NCBI GenBank assembly: GCA_963727625.1
Contig: CAVSHR010000012.1
Coordinates: forward strand, 64,001 to 128,000
Reading direction: 5' to 3'
DNA: 64,000 nucleotides
DNA from: an uncultured delta proteobacterium
GTDB taxonomy: Bacteria > Desulfobacterota > Binatia > UBA9968
Below are positions 63,543 through 64,000 of this stretch, in pieces. Under the pieces are notes generated by a model. That model did no database searches. It saw only the letters and a list, made by a program, of their open reading frames with translations, and was not told the DNA's origin. Positions within the stretch are counted from its first letter, which is position 1. Every line of letters begins with the position of its first letter. Position numbers and translations under genes: made by a program.

Positions 63543-64000
63543 TTATTCGAAGATGAGACTGGTAAAAGTCACAGCCGAAGCGGTCTCCGGCGTAAACGCC
63601 TGACCGTAGTGAAGAGGATTGCCGCGCGCGCCGTCGAGCAGGTGAATGAGCGAATAAAGCGGTGAGAACCCGCAGATCCTGCGTTTATCCTGATCCTTGG
63701 CCACGGCGTGAAAAAATCCCGGCGCGTCGAGTTGCGCCAATCGGTCGACTAACTTGCGATCTTCGTTTTCGACCCACTTGAGAAAATCCTCGGTGATCGG
63801 CTCGCTATCGCCGAACTGCCGTCCCACATGAGCCAAATCAACGCCGGCGACGAAACAGACGCGCCGGGTTTCCCGCTCCGCCAATTCGCGCAGCGTCGTC
63901 AAAAATCTGCCAACCGCCAAGTTTTTTTCCGGAGCCGTCCGGCTCATCACCGCGGCATGAAACGATGAGACGAGAATCGGCACGATTTTAAACGGCTTCT
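63543..64000 (-). CDS. amrB: AmmeMemoRadiSam protein B / MEMO1 family, 3' part (runs off the window)
   Basis: IVPIL, AGVDLAHVGRQFGD, RRICGFSP, VTFTS. Confidence 0.82.
   Translation of the reverse strand, partial: KPFKIVPILVSSFHAAVMSRTAPEKNLAVGRFLTTLRELAERETRRVCFVAGVDLAHVGRQFGDSEPITEDFLKWVENEDRKLVDRLAQLDAPGFFHAVAKDQDKRRICGFSPLYSLIHLLDGARGNPLHYGQAFTPETASAVTFTSLIFE

Overview
GC-rich bacterial chromosomal window. The gene content (many SDRs, NitT/TauT and Fe3+-type ABC binding proteins, amidohydrolase, an EutA homolog) resembles a Deltaproteobacteria/Ca. Binatota-like genome; this is inference only. Left to right: a stand-alone ClpX zinc-finger protein; a divergent tryptophanase-like lyase, acyl-CoA ligase and two SDRs in one operon; a CutA-Nudix fusion; a COG0212 5-FCL-like gene with hisI and hisG; a carboxyltransferase, unusual ferredoxin, TPR protein and small membrane protein; an orphan eutA; a MoxR-DUF58-VWA-DUF4159-GATase cluster with DUF4175 and a TPR-peptidase; a type I restriction-modification island (about 29-40 kb); Fe-type ABC genes, qor, fumC, an MFS transporter, a ThDP enzyme and nadX; a complete A1-type cytochrome c oxidase operon; a catabolic SBP/ADH/SDR/amidohydrolase cluster; and a partial MEMO1 gene. 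The best candidate for an undescribed system is the type I R-M locus. It reads like a cassette array: cargo genes (NYN RNase, YhcG nuclease, HEPN-like DUF3644, RhuM-Fic) alternate with diverged extra copies of the hsdM 3' tail (each supplying an SD and ATG to the next gene), an extra hsdR 5' head, and scars of earlier yhcG and rhuM alleles. The NYN gene has its own promoter, GNRA hairpin and terminator leader, reminiscent of RNA-antitoxin systems. Two REP-like elements sit in frame inside protein genes. No rRNA, tRNA, CRISPR array, integrase or transposase was recognised. All family calls come from motif recognition by eye, not database searches.
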